The notes under the pieces are model-generated. The model did not search any database. It saw nothing but the letters and a program-made list of their open reading frames with translations, and was not told the DNA's origin. A program made the translations under genes and the position numbers. 43,274 nucleotides of DNA. It comes from Nemertoderma westbladi. Taxonomy: Eukaryota; Animalia; Xenacoelomorpha. This document shows, in pieces, positions 1 to 11,442 of this stretch (position 1 is its first letter; each line of letters begins with the position of its first letter). The stretch lies in contig JAUCBJ010004040.1 in the NCBI GenBank assembly GCA_032718475.1, forward strand, positions 1-43,274, written 5' to 3'.

Positions 1-3000
1 CGATTTACCATAAAGCAATACAGGAATCCCTAAAGGGGGGACTACATAAACCAGAAATGCATATGCCAACAATGATGCGTCGCAAAAGACATGGATATCG
101 CAGTCAGAGTTAAGATGAATGCATCTGGGGAAAGTAACAGAAATCTGGGCATCTGCAACCCATCGGGTCAGTTTATCACATAATTGATCAGGTAGGGGAT
201 GGTTCCAACCATGGCCGGTTTGCCAAGATTGCTGGAGAATCAAACGGCCTTGCAAAATCCAGGGGCTTAGTAGGCCAAGAGGATCAAAAACTAAACAAAT
301 AACACGAAGTACAGCTCGGCGCGTCAAGACTGGGGGTAATACAACCTTAGATGTATCAATCGAGATAGCATCGGCATGGCTATCCCAACATAACCCGAGA
401 ACCTTTTGAGGGTTTACTACAGGTTTCAAGGCCATACCAGCAGTAGCTAATAAATCAATAACATGGGCTAGGAAGGTATGTAACTCATTTTGATTATTAG
501 ATGAACGGTAAAAATCATCACAATAAAGATGTTTAATAATCTCAGAGGCTGTACTGGGGTCCGTGTTTGATACAATATGATGTTGTACAGTAGAATGTAA
601 CAAATATCCACTTGGAGTTATTCCAAAGGGAACTCTAGTAAATTCACATTCTTGGTTATTGCAAATATATTTTAACCACTTCCTATCGTTAGGATGAACC
701 TCCACTTGATGGTAAGCGGCGGTAATATCAGCGGCCACAACATATTTATAGAATCGGAATCGTAATAAAACATCAACTAGTGATGATAGAAGGTTAGGAC
801 CTGGATCCAGACATGCATTGAGGCTAATACCATCAGGATCCCCAGCTGACCCATTAAATACCACCCGAGGCTTAGTATCTTTCCGAGCAAGGTGGTGTGG
901 GAGATAAAATCCAGTATCAGGGGGACTGGTTGCCGTGGTAACAATACCATCAGTCTGTAATTTACTCATTTTTGTCTGGTAAATATCGAGCTCGGATGGT
1001 TTCAGTTGGGAAATAATTCGCTTTTGTTGCCGCTGAACTATGGAAAAGTTCGATTTTGGGCGAAGGAGACACCGGAAGGGAAGTCGAACTCGATATCGTG
1101 ATGGATCATCAGGAGAACGCTCAGGTATAGGGTAAGGAGTGCAATCCACTTCATCCTTTTTTATACCTACAGTTTCTAAATTCCAGAATTGTATAACTTC
1201 TATAGGTTCGGTAAGTAACATGGATGGGTTAGATCCTGACAGAGAGACGGGTATATGGGTACTACCAGGAGAAGTGGCACCAGATAAAACACAACCAAAA
1301 AATGTGTCAATAACTGCTGGCTGGTTAGGGAAATTCTGTACAAAATTTGTGACATTCCAAATCTGGTCTGCTCCTATAATTAAGGATATGTGCCTATCCC
1401 CACCATCAAAAGTATCTGCCCATTGGGTTAAATGGGATAGGCTATTTGGTATTGAGGACATAGTTTCTTGTTTAATGGGAGGACATAATTTCTCAGTAGT
1501 CCATGCATTTAGTTGGATTGGTGCCTGAGAAAACTGGCTGAAAAGGTTAAACTGGACAAGATTGGATTGCTGCGTTGTGCAGTTTCCACCAAAGGATCCA
1601 GTTGTCATAAGCTGTGATTGTAAACAAGGCAGGTCAAGAGCTTGACTAAGATCATATTGAATATAAGATCGTTTCGATCCATCATCAAGGTAAATATGTA
1701 TCCAATAACCATTATTAATATATGGATGTGTAATAAAACATAGGGCTAGTTTTATAAAAATGGCAGAAGTGTGCATGATTATGCTCGAATCGGTAGTGTT
1801 CACAGGGTTTACAGAGATTGCTGTATCACCCTGCCGAGCATCACCCTGCCGGGGAGGTGGATAAAATCTTTTCTGATGAAAGTTATTACGTTTGTAATGG
1901 TTATGGGGATGGGTAGCTTCTGAAGTGGAATTATTTTGGTGGTCAGATCGGTTACTTCCCGTTTTGGGGATTGTAGCAGTAGCTGCTTTATCCCTTTCAT
2001 TGCGGTAGCATAATAAGGTGTGATGTAATTTACCACAATGGTGGCATAATTCTGAAGATGGACATTCATATGTAGGATGTGGTCCAAAACAATTACTACA
2101 AAGTTTGGCAGTGCGAATTATTGAAATACGACCATCAACCATTTTGTTCATAAAGGTAGTGCAGGTTTTGAGTTTATGGGTTGCCCCTTTACATGCAGGG
2201 CACATTAAATTGGGTTTATACTGAGCCAAATTATCACCGGTAGCTAGGGCAATTGTTGAGGCAAAATTACCCCTAGTATTATAAGGTACGTATGTTTTAC
2301 CTGTATTATTGGTATATTTGGGACTAGACCGAGGTATGGTGTTAGTCGCTCCATAAGCTACTGACTCGAGCGATTCTAGTTCTGAGTTTACAAAGGTTAA
2401 TAACGCCCCCAAATTAAATCGTTCAGAGGCATGGTTACGGTTCCAGATAAGAACTAAATCTATTGGGAGTTTCTGTAAAAGTAGAGGGGCTAATAGAAGT
2501 GAAGTTAAATCTGGCGATTTATCACTCAAAGGAGTTCCACTTGGAGAAATTTCTGTAGATAAATGTCGGATTTCCCGCAATGCGCCCTCAAAAGAATCAA
2601 TAGTTTCACGGAATACTTTAAGGTTGGTTGTCTGGATCATTGGCAATGAGCATAGGCGGCTCGCATATAATCCTATAAGTAGGTTAGGATTACCATAACG
2701 GCGTTTTAGTATAGTAATAGCATCGTTATAATTACTGGCCGTCAATGATATACCTGAAAGGGCCTCTTTAGCGTCATTAATCAGAGAACTACGGAGGTAG
2801 ACAAACTTCTGAACCTCAGATAAACCTGGTCGGTTATGGATCAATGCTTCATATTGATCCCAGAAGGGACGCCAAGACATAAATTCGCCATCAAACGTTG
2901 GGACAGCAATTTTAGGTAATCCATGGGTACTACTGGCAATGCCATGGTTGGAGGAATGGTGCGACTGGCTGCCGGAATTTGTAGAAGAATTCGAGTTTGT

Positions 3001-3363
3001 TCTCTCAATCCGGGATAAAATTCGATTGGATTTAAATAAAGTTTTATCCAAGTCGCGGTCGTAGTTAGAAGGTTCCGGAGAATATCCAAGGTCAATTAAC
3101 TCCGAATCTATCGAGTTTAATATTTTACGTTGTCTGTCCACGAGTTCGATTTGGTACGCCAACTCATCCGAGTCGATATCTTCCTCGTTCTTACACCATA
3201 AAGTCTCAAGTTCTGTTATGAGTTTACGAGCTTTTGTGCGTTCTATCCCTCGAGTACGTTTTATCGCATTGATTTCAGTGGTTAGGTTGGGAGGGCCACC
3301 GGTATCCACACCCCCACGGTTGCGGGTTGGAGATGTAGGTGGGTTAGTGTCGTCGTCCGACAT
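1..3363 (-). CDS. BEL/Pao LTR retrotransposon gag-pol polyprotein, 3'-truncated by the window edge (at least 1121 aa)
   Basis: ATG at 3363 (MSDDDTNPP). Hand translation gives Pao gag LPKIAVPTFDGEFMSWRPFWDQYEALIHNRPGLSEVQKFVYLRSSL, three Cys/His knuckles (~2005-2202), protease-like YLDDGSKRSY (~1663-1692), RT motifs YLPHH..KPRVVFNGS..SLNACLDPGPNLL..ADITAAYHQV..RVPFG..LYCDD (YCDD 514-525) and RNase H HVFCDAS near the left edge. The start, protease, YCDD and RNase H motifs were checked to share one frame. The ORF is missing from the track, consistent with no stop inside the window. Confidence 0.95.
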   Translation of the reverse strand, partial: MSDDDTNPPTSPTRNRGGVDTGGPPNLTTEINAIKRTRGIERTKARKLITELETLWCKNEEDIDSDELAYQIELVDRQRKILNSIDSELIDLGYSPEPSNYDRDLDKTLFKSNRILSRIERTNSNSSTNSGSQSHHSSNHGIASSTHGLPKIAVPTFDGEFMSWRPFWDQYEALIHNRPGLSEVQKFVYLRSSLINDAKEALSGISLTASNYNDAITILKRRYGNPNLLIGLYASRLCSLPMIQTTNLKVFRETIDSFEGALREIRHLSTEISPSGTPLSDKSPDLTSLLLAPLLLQKLPIDLVLIWNRNHASERFNLGALLTFVNSELESLESVAYGATNTIPRSSPKYTNNTGKTYVPYNTRGNFASTIALATGDNLAQYKPNLMCPACKGATHKLKTCTTFMNKMVDGRISIIRTAKLCSNCFGPHPTYECPSSELCHHCGKLHHTLLCYRNERDKAATATIPKTGSNRSDHQNNSTSEATHPHNHYKRNNFHQKRFYPPPRQGDARQGDTAISVNPVNTTDSSIIMHTSAIFIKLALCFITHPYINNGYWIHIYLDDGSKRSYIQYDLSQALDLPCLQSQLMTTGSFGGNCTTQQSNLVQFNLFSQFSQAPIQLNAWTTEKLCPPIKQETMSSIPNSLSHLTQWADTFDGGDRHISLIIGADQIWNVTNFVQNFPNQPAVIDTFFGCVLSGATSPGSTHIPVSLSGSNPSMLLTEPIEVIQFWNLETVGIKKDEVDCTPYPIPERSPDDPSRYRVRLPFRCLLRPKSNFSIVQRQQKRIISQLKPSELDIYQTKMSKLQTDGIVTTATSPPDTGFYLPHHLARKDTKPRVVFNGSAGDPDGISLNACLDPGPNLLSSLVDVLLRFRFYKYVVAADITAAYHQVEVHPNDRKWLKYICNNQECEFTRVPFGITPSGYLLHSTVQHHIVSNTDPSTASEIIKHLYCDDFYRSSNNQNELHTFLAHVIDLLATAGMALKPVVNPQKVLGLCWDSHADAISIDTSKVVLPPVLTRRAVLRVICLVFDPLGLLSPWILQGRLILQQSWQTGHGWNHPLPDQLCDKLTRWVADAQISVTFPRCIHLNSDCDIHVFCDASLLAYAFLVYVVPPLGIPVLLYGKS

Positions 3364-5033
3364 AACCGCTGTACCAGTTATCTACCGGTAGGTCAGTAGG
3401 TATTAAATATAACATGGAAATTACAGCTTTCTGGCATTACAGTATTTTCTTGTTAGGTTAGGCTAAACTGTCCAATATTTCAGTATTTATTTATTAGGTG
3501 CGATTCTGATCCGGTTCGAAGAGTGTGCGGATCCCAATAGATCCGACTGGTCCAGGACTGTATAGTGGAGAGGGCAAAATGGTGTGATGAAAAAGCATAA
3601 GATAATATGTTTGGTTCAATAGCAATAATGCAGTAATGTAAGATAATGGATGGCGGTAAATATAAACAATAAACCATCAGACAATAAACACCACGGTACT
3701 ATAAAATATACAATGAAAGGTAGGCCTATAGGGAGACCGGTAATACTGCTGTACATATAAACAACAAAAGTGTGAAAGGGGGGGGGGGGGGGGGGGGGGG
3801 AGCATGGCCTATAATAAAGTCCATGGAGATCTGTAGGGGAGCTGGAACAAAATCAAAGAAGAGAGGAAATTTGCTTAAATAATCAGATGGCACTAGCTGA
3901 ACCCAGTCAGCCAGTTGTTAATAATAGAAAAATATCGGCTGTAAATACAGTTTGTTTTACACAAGATGACTAGGGCGTTACATCCTGTTGTATAAGAAAT
4001 ATAAAAATGTAACACACAATACAAGACTATCGGCTAATCGGGAGGAATAACTAAACCTCCCCGACTGTAGTCCTCCAATAATTACCATGACTATTATTCA
4101 TAAAATTTTTAATTAAGTATCACCGTGGTTTCTTTGAATACTACCTGGTATTTTATGTCCAATAGAAAGCGCTACATTACTTCATCAATGTCGACTTCCT
4201 CAAATTCCGAGTATAAATAAATAACAATAACAAAAAAAACATAATTATAAACAGATCAGAGCTATCCAGCTATCGGTATCTCCGCCCAACACAACCAACT
4301 CTCTATCCGCCTCGAGCATCGAGAATACGAGAAACTCGATCGAAATACCTGCCTGCCTGCCTGCTCATCCCAGTATCCGTCCGTAGCCGCCGGACCGTTG
4401 CGGTTTATTCCTGTATAACAGTAGAATTCCCGCAGCTTTCAGACCCAATTCGACAACGAATTCGACTCACACTTTCGCGTGGCAGAGAATGTAATCCGGT
4501 GCGATACACGTCTGCCCGACTTTCAACAATTTCCCCCAGGTGATCCCAGGATCCGGCTGTCCGGGCCGCCGCTAAACCCAAATCGCAATCCTCGTCGATT
4601 CGTCCAGTCGTCGACGTAAGTCGGACTCTTCCCACCGCACTCCAAGGTGGGTGGCCTGACTGAGGCATGAGGAACTTGGCAGTGGCCCGCATTACGATCC
4701 AACCGACCGCCGTATTCCCAGTGTAGTAAATATAATCTTACAGACAAGCAAGCAATTCCGTAGTATTTATTCCTCAGTTAATCGCATCTTGATGCCACTC
4801 GGCTGCTGGGGTCCAGATACATCGGACTGTTGGAAGCTGTTTAGATGATGAAGTTGTTTAGATGGCCTTGCCAACGACCAACGACCTGAAGACGGTACCG
4901 GTAACTCTGTACCACTGTAACAGTTAACAGTACCGGTACCGTACTGTAATCCTGTAGTCCCCTAGCAACCAGCTGATGCCAAGCCTAATAATTTTTGGGT
5001 AGATTTATTTATTATAACTGTAAGACAGTTACA
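1..5033 (-). mobile_element. BEL/Pao LTR retrotransposon (5' part; upstream boundary uncertain)
   Basis: Polyprotein at 1-3363. Tentative short LTR 4916-5033 (TGTAAC...GTTACA ends) followed on the minus strand by TGGTACAGAG, a possible PBS. No second LTR in the window to confirm it. Confidence 0.6.
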
Positions 5034-5037
5034 CAGA

Positions 5038-5256
5038 TGCTGCACGAAGACCCCACGCAAATTCAACTTGGAAAATTTCTAAACTTTTGCCAGACTACAT
5101 GTACCAAGTTTGGATATATTTTATCGAGATTTGGCTGAGTTATTAACGTTTAAAATTGGACACAACAGATCAACAGAACAACAGAGCAACGGACACACCG
5201 ATTGAGTTAGTGGTACCTGTATGCTAAGCTCGCTTACTTTCGTCGCTCGTCCCACA
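5038..5256 (-). repeat. Dispersed non-autonomous element copy (Helentron/HINE-like family)
   Basis: Aligns by eye with 17340-17530 (gctgagttattaacgtttaaaa...acagaacaacaga...gacacaccgattgag.tagtggtac...tgtatgctaa.ctcgcttactttcgt.gctc..cccaca). Its right end is the reverse complement of the left end of the element at 11446. Confidence 0.7.
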
Positions 5257-5659
5257 AAGTACATGTAGGTTATACAGCTACTGTAAACTATGTTACACAA
5301 CCTGAGCTCCGTTTAATTAGTTCATCGAAAGTTAGTTTCACAGAAAAATAACATTTGAAAATAATGCATTTCGTGGAATAGGAATATAACGCCCATGTTA
5401 AGTTTGAGTTTCCCAAGATTCCCTTTCCCAGCGAAAAAAAAACACATCGGAAAAGAATTTGGCCCATTCACTATCATTAGAGAACTTTCGTAATTTCGAC
5501 TATCTCACAAACAGTCTGGGAAAGTTCACTATAATATTGTATATGGGCATTGGCCTGAATTAAAGATAACATAACATAACATAGCATGGAAGGTATTTTG
5601 GTATTCACGTGCTTCGCGAAGTCCTTTTATATTTTGAGGGGGGGGGGGGGTGGTGTGTT

Positions 5660-5910
5660 GATCAGTCGAGGTCCCGAGCGCGTTCCGGACCTTGATTTTC
5701 GCTTCGGAACTCAGGATCTCGGGCGCCCGAGGGTTTGGAGAGGGTCTCGAAAGTCGGTATATTCGGGCCCGGGCACCCGAGCATTCTCGGGTAGGCCCGA
5801 GGTTTGGGTGTATCCGAGGGTCACGACACTCCCGAGTCCGAGAACACAAGCCCGTCGAGCTCCCGAGAACCCCACCCTGGAGAGCTTGGGAGGTCCGGAC
5901 CACCCAAGTG
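5660..5910. repeat. GC-rich patch of short CCGAG/CTCGG motifs, probably a MITE subterminal remnant
   Basis: Abrupt GC/CpG-rich island with many ccga/tcgg motifs in both orientations; no clear pair of TIRs. Confidence 0.4.
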
Positions 5911-6224
5911 CAATACAATTATTAGTTTTAAATCTTACCATTCCGGCACAACTGTATATGTATTACAGTAGAAGCCATTGACTCCGATTCTGAAATATCT
6001 GTTATTAATGCATAGATGTACACTTGACTTGCCCGTGGGAAAATGTAGATAGTGATTGAATTTATATATTGTATTTTGGCATAACAAACATCGTGTCATT
6101 GACATAAAATATTTTTTGTCGGGGGATAGCCTCGCGCAGGTGAGGTGCATAACCATGCAACATTTAAACGCCCATATCTGAGCTATTTTTCAACGAAATT
6201 CACATTGTGTTACATATTTGGAAT

Positions 6225-7493
6225 TAGGGGTGTGCCGGATATCCGGCCGGGCCGGAATTCCGGCCGGATTTTGAAATCCGGTACCGGCTCCGGCCGGATT
6301 TCAATTTCAACGAATTGTTGACAAAATTTAAAATTAATGTAAATTTTCGAAAATAACATCAAAATAAATTTTCTTTTAAATTCAAACAAATTTAAACATC
6401 AGCAAATACAATGCAATACAAAACAATTATTTTGATAGTTTGTATCATATTCATTCATATTATGAATATGATAAACTCTAAAGCAGAGCTATAATTTTAG
6501 GACCATCTACATGCTGAGCTGACTGACTAGTTTTTACCAATAATATTTGTATTTGGTTGGGCTCTGCCTCACTATCAAACGTTAATTTAATAAATAGTAC
6601 ATGTATGTATATTGAATACCCATATACTAATTATAACTAGTCAATAATTATTATATTGTCCCAGCTCGCAAGCCTTGATGTTAGGTCTAGGTAGGTTTGT
6701 TATTAAAATTGATATTAAGCTTACCACCGTGAATGACCAGTTTATATAACGACAGGCAATTTAGACTTAAACTTTAAACTTTAAAATTTAGTCAATTTAA
6801 CTCAGAGAGTATAAAAACACTACAGCTATTAATTGTTACTTTGTTCTATTTTTCAATTTGCACTTTATCATGCATCATTATCTTGCATTTATCATATCAA
6901 TCCATTATATCAAATATGAAATCGGCGTAGGTTATGGTACAAAATTATTAGTTTCTCTCCACAATCCGAAAGTAGACGAGAGCGTTTCTCATCAAATAAT
7001 ATTACCATTTAATATAATATTACCAGCCTCGCAGCCTCTACAAATATTCGCTCGGAATAAATTGAAGATGCTGGAGATATTAAATATACATGTACAAGTA
7101 TTTGTAAATTAGGAAATGATTCCTTATTTGTAGCCCACCATCGCAAAACACTCTTCTCGTCCCGTTTAGTTTGGATAATTGACATATACTTACTTATCTA
7201 CTTCTGAATTCTTATTAAAGTCAAATTCCTTATCATGCATGACCTTGCTGATGATAACGATCCAGCACGTTATCTATCGATGCAGGACCTAACGCCCAAA
7301 GGACCAAATGACGTGATACCCTCCCTCCCTCCAGTTCTGTTCATGCACAAAGGTAAATAGCTGATTCAAGGAAAAAATTGGTGATATATTAAAAAAATTC
7401 GACTTGGCCGGAATTCCGGCCGGATTTTTTTTACAAATCCGGCTCCGGCTCCGGCATGGCCGGTTTGAAAATAGTCAATCCGGCACATCCCTA
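6225..7493. mobile_element. Non-autonomous hAT DNA transposon
   Basis: TIRs TAGGGGTGTGCCGGAT / ATCCGGCACATCCCTA (1 mismatch), perfect 8-bp TSD TTTGGAAT (6217-6224 and 7494-7501), subterminal CCGG repeats with palindromic GCCGGAATTCCGGC at both ends, no transposase ORF. Confidence 0.93.
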
Positions 7494-7691
7494 TTTGGAA
7501 TCCTTGCATGGCCAGATTTCCATTGGTACCAACAAACAGCTAGTGTAAATAAGGTCGAAGAATAACTGCGGTGTAACTGGTGTAATATCGCTGGAGACAC
7601 TTTTTTAAACGCTTGTAGCTAAAGATTTAAAGCAAAAATAAAAATTCTGGCTCACCCAAGCAGTGGTCGGGAGGTGAAACAGTGTTCCCAG

Positions 7692-7786
7692 CTTAGGCTG
7701 AGACGACTAAGGAGTGTTCTCAGCCTAGGCTGAGACGACTGGTGAGTCATTTCAAGAGGGAGTTATCTCAGCCTTGTACACCGGCC
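7692..7786. repeat. MITE fragment with palindromic TCTCAGCCTAGGCTGAGA units ending in ACACCGG
   Basis: Same motifs and the same terminus (agttatctcagcctt.tacaccggc) as 27458-27626. Confidence 0.75.
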
Positions 7787-7850
7787 GTGTCACTGAATTA
7801 CGACACTATATTCTGGGACATGATGTAGTTACTTTAGCAATTTAACGGGC

Positions 7851-8460
7851 ATGATTGTAATTTAGCGGGAATGATTATAATTTAGCGGGAATGATTGTAA
7901 TTTAGCGGGAATGATTGTAATTTAGCGGAAATGATTGTAATTTAGCGGGAATGATTGTAATTTAGCGGGAATGATTGTAATTTAGCGGGAATGATTGTAA
8001 TTTAGCGGGAATGATTGTAATTTAGCGGGAATGATTGTAATTTAGCGGGAATGATTGTAATTTAGCGGGAATGATTGTAATTTAGCGGGAATGATTGTAA
8101 TTTAGCGGGAATGATTGTAATTAAGCGGGAATGATTGTAATTTAGCGGGAATGATTGTAATTTAGCGGGAATGATTGTAATTTAGCGGGAATGATTGTAA
8201 TTTAGCGGGAATGATTGTAATTTAGCGGAAATGATTGTAATTTAGCGGGAATGATTGTAATTTAGCGGGAATGATTGTAATTTAGCGGGAATGATTGTAA
8301 TTTAGCGGGAATGATTGTAATTTAGCGGGAATGATTGTAATTTAGCGGGAATGATTGTAATTTAGCGGGAATGATTGTAATTTAGCGGGAATGATTGTAA
8401 TTTAGCGGGAATGATTGTAATTTAGCGGGAATGATTGTAATTTAGCGGGAGTGATTGTAA
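7851..8460. repeat. 20-bp tandem repeat (ATGATTGTAATTTAGCGGGA), about 30 copies
   Basis: Directly visible and nearly homogeneous; followed by one inverted unit at 8461-8478. Confidence 0.99.
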
Positions 8461-8696
8461 AATCATTCCCGCTAAATTTATTAATAAACACTATACCGTT
8501 CATGTAGGAATATCGAATCATAAAGAAATTGGTAAAATATTGTCTACTTTAGCTTTAGCAACAGAATTCTAGAATTTACATTTTAGTTTCCATAAAACGG
8601 AAATGTAATTTTATATAAATTTAACAGCTTACAGTAATTAGTGTGTCATTGTAAAAGGATCTGATCTAGATAGGCCTACCATTTACTTCCATATTA

Positions 8697-8975
8697 ATGG
8701 CTGCGAGCGCAGACAGTGACAATTATGGAGCGGAGCAGGTTGAAGTGCCGGGTTCGGGTTTAGTTGACGATCGGGTGGAAACAAGCAAGAAAGAAATGGA
8801 GAAAAGGAGACGAACGACGAGAAAGGGAAGTAATAAGGGAAAGAAGAGCAGGTCAAGGAGTCGCCGAGGTAAAGGAAGTAAGTCAAAGAGTCGAAGAGGA
8901 AAGGGGAAGAAAGGAAAGGGGAAGTCGAAAAGGAGAGGGTCGAACGTTAGAGGTAGACCGAGTGGCGGAGTGAAG
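8697..8975 (+). CDS. Exon 1 of a small Lys/Arg/Ser-rich basic protein (protamine-like / nuclear basic protein candidate)
   Basis: ATG at 8697; acidic N-terminus then KRRRTTRKGSNKGKKSRSRSRRGKGSKSKSRRGKGKKGKGKSKRRG; phase-0 donor AAG|GTCAGA at 8975/8976, where composition turns AT-rich. Confidence 0.65.
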
Positions 8976-9197
8976 GTCAGATTAAATATTCATTTGGGAA
9001 TTATTTATTATCGTTTCTAATTAATTATGGGACCTCCATGTCATTATAATTATATTCTGATTGGTTTACTAGACTTATTTTTTAGTATAAGATTACATTA
9101 GTCACAATTATTTAGAATTATATATAGCTACATAATTGGTAGGTGAGATCATATTGTAACTAAAATTATTTGGTTCTTTTTTTATTATTTTAATTAG

Positions 9198-9359
9198 GAT
9201 AAAAATATTCGAGGAATAAGTACCGGTACCAGAATTCGAGAAAATAGTGAAGCAAAGACTAGCACCAATCCAGCCAAGTCTCAAAAACGAGCAGAGATGA
9301 CAGGATGGGAGTTCATGAAAATGGTTTCACACAACAAGAAAACATTACCTAAACGTTAG
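9198..9359 (+). CDS. Exon 2 of the basic protein (DKNIRGISTGTRIRENSEAKTSTNPAKSQKRAEMTGWEFMKMVSHNKKTLPKR*)
   Basis: T-rich acceptor ttcttttttt...ttaattag|GAT, open in phase 0 for 53 codons to TAG; AATAAA at 9566-9571. Confidence 0.6.
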   Translation, partial: DKNIRGISTGTRIRENSEAKTSTNPAKSQKRAEMTGWEFMKMVSHNKKTLPKR

Positions 9360-10263
9360 AGAAGAGAAAGGGAATGAGTTGATGTTGTTAAGGACTTTGT
9401 TATCATATCTGTGGACATTGTTCATTTTATAGTACATTTTAATAATATACTTTAACATTTAATTTAATTGTTCAGCATAGTACTGAATCGAGTAATACAA
9501 CTTAGGTAGACATTAATATTCTGAAACTTTATATGTCGTAAAACATATCAAAATATCGTTTAATTAATAAAATGATGAGCAATTTTTGAAAAGAAACACT
9601 CAAATATATAAGATATCTTTTCGGTAATATAAAAAAAATAAAAATATACTGAAATATACTGAATTATTCGTGAATGAATTATGTCACGCATTAGGGGGAA
9701 GGGGGGTCTCGACTTGTGTGACAGTCACCGCGATGTTATATACTTTAATATAGCTTGACTTTGACTTGCACATTTGTAGACTTTAAAGGGGGTGGGGTAC
9801 ATCATTTTCGGACAACTTTTCGATTTATCACTTTCAGCGTTTCAAAATTTGTTGTTTTTGCTATAATTTGGAATATAAGTACCTAAGATGCCATTCTACA
9901 TAATAGGTCAGATTTTCGCTATTTAATATTAGATAATACTAGTTAACAATAAAAAAAACTTGGTTGCGCTTAAAACCCTAAGGCTTTAACAGTTATGAAT
10001 CTAATCACATGAAAGTTTTTTATATGATAGATCAAAGATGGGGCAACATAACTATCAGGCGAAATTTTGTGAAAATAATTTTGCACCGCTAGGTGGAGCT
10101 GCAAATTTATGTTAATTTTCTAGGTTTGTTATAAATAGTATGAAATTTTATTAACAAAAATTTCGAAAGGTTGTCTGATACTTTTATGCAGGGTGGCTAT
10201 GTAGACACCCACCAAGGTTTACTAAGTAACAGGTCATGCAGCGAGCGGATTGCTGAAATTACC

Positions 10264-11217
10264 GGAGGCCGATCGTTTCCCTATTTATGAAACTATTTTC
10301 ATAATATTTCCTTAGAAACTTATTATGTGCTTCTTTGGTTAGGTGGATATGATGACTAGGATTCATATCAATGTAATAAAATGTCTTTCTGGAATTTTTA
10401 TCTTGTAGTTGCCAAGGTAACCGGGTGCAAAGTTCAAACTTTGCGCGTCTGTATTTCAAGGCGACAATAGATTCTTCCCTTGAGATTTGGTAGGTGATTA
10501 AAGGAAATAAAAGTCTATCAAAATATTTTACATTTGAATTTGTTTACATTCCCGTTGCCATGGAAATAAGTAGAATGAAAAATTTTAAAAATTGTCTACC
10601 AATTCTATAAAACACCATTTTTATTCAGGTTGTCAGTCTAAATAATAAGTTAAAATTGCCAACATTTTATTTTATAATTCGTCAATTGTGAATCATATTT
10701 CTAAAAGTCAATATTTGCAAATAAACTAAACTGTCCAATCAGAGAGCAAGATCTGTTATACCATGATTTTGACATTCCAGAATATTAAATTTCGGTTAGC
10801 CAACATTAGAAATAAAGGACAGCCACCAGGCATGTTTGTTGAAAATTATATAAGTAGTAAATAGTAGCCGAATTTCAATCTGGCTGTCATAATGGGAAAT
10901 TATCGTAATTCCCGTCACCATGGAAACGGGATTGAAAAATAAATTAAATGTAAAATATTTTGATAGACTTTTATTCCCTTTACTCATATACCAAATCTCA
11001 AGAACATAATCCCTTGTCGTCTTGAATTACAGGCGCTCGAAATTTGAACTTTGCACCCGGTTACCTTGGCAACTACAAAATAAAAATTCCAGAAACACTT
11101 TTTATTACATTTCTATGAACCCTAGTCATCATATCCACCTAACCAAAGTTGCATAAGAGAGGTTTCTAAGAAAATATTATGAAAATTGTGTCATAAATAG
11201 GGAAACGAACGGCCTCC
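10264..11217. mobile_element. Foldback-type non-autonomous DNA transposon with ~300-bp imperfect TIRs
   Basis: 10264-~10565 is the reverse complement of ~10917-11217 (ends GGAGGCCG / CGGCCTCC; e.g. gtagttgccaaggtaaccgggtgcaaagttcaaa vs tttgaactttgcacccggttaccttggcaactac). No TSD recognised. Confidence 0.85.
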
Positions 11218-11442
11218 ATTTAGTAAGGTTTTGAAGTTGACAATTTCATAAAAAATATTTGGAGATAATCAACCTTTCAATATAGGCCTACATACAGTAT
11301 ATAATCTCTAAAACCTATGTTTACTTTCAGGGTAGTATTAGCAGTTCCTTTCAGATGCTGCGCTTTAAATACTATACAGAGTTATGACTTACGATAATTA
11401 CAACGGAATATTTAATAGAGCCAGTGTTATTTACATCCTTTA

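Noticed and set aside
1139-1528. 129-aa plus-strand ORF and other short ORFs in 1-3363
   Set aside because: Antisense or alternate-frame shadows of the Pao polyprotein.
5529-5981. Four overlapping ORFs on both strands
   Set aside because: Expected in a short GC-rich repeat patch; no recognisable domain.
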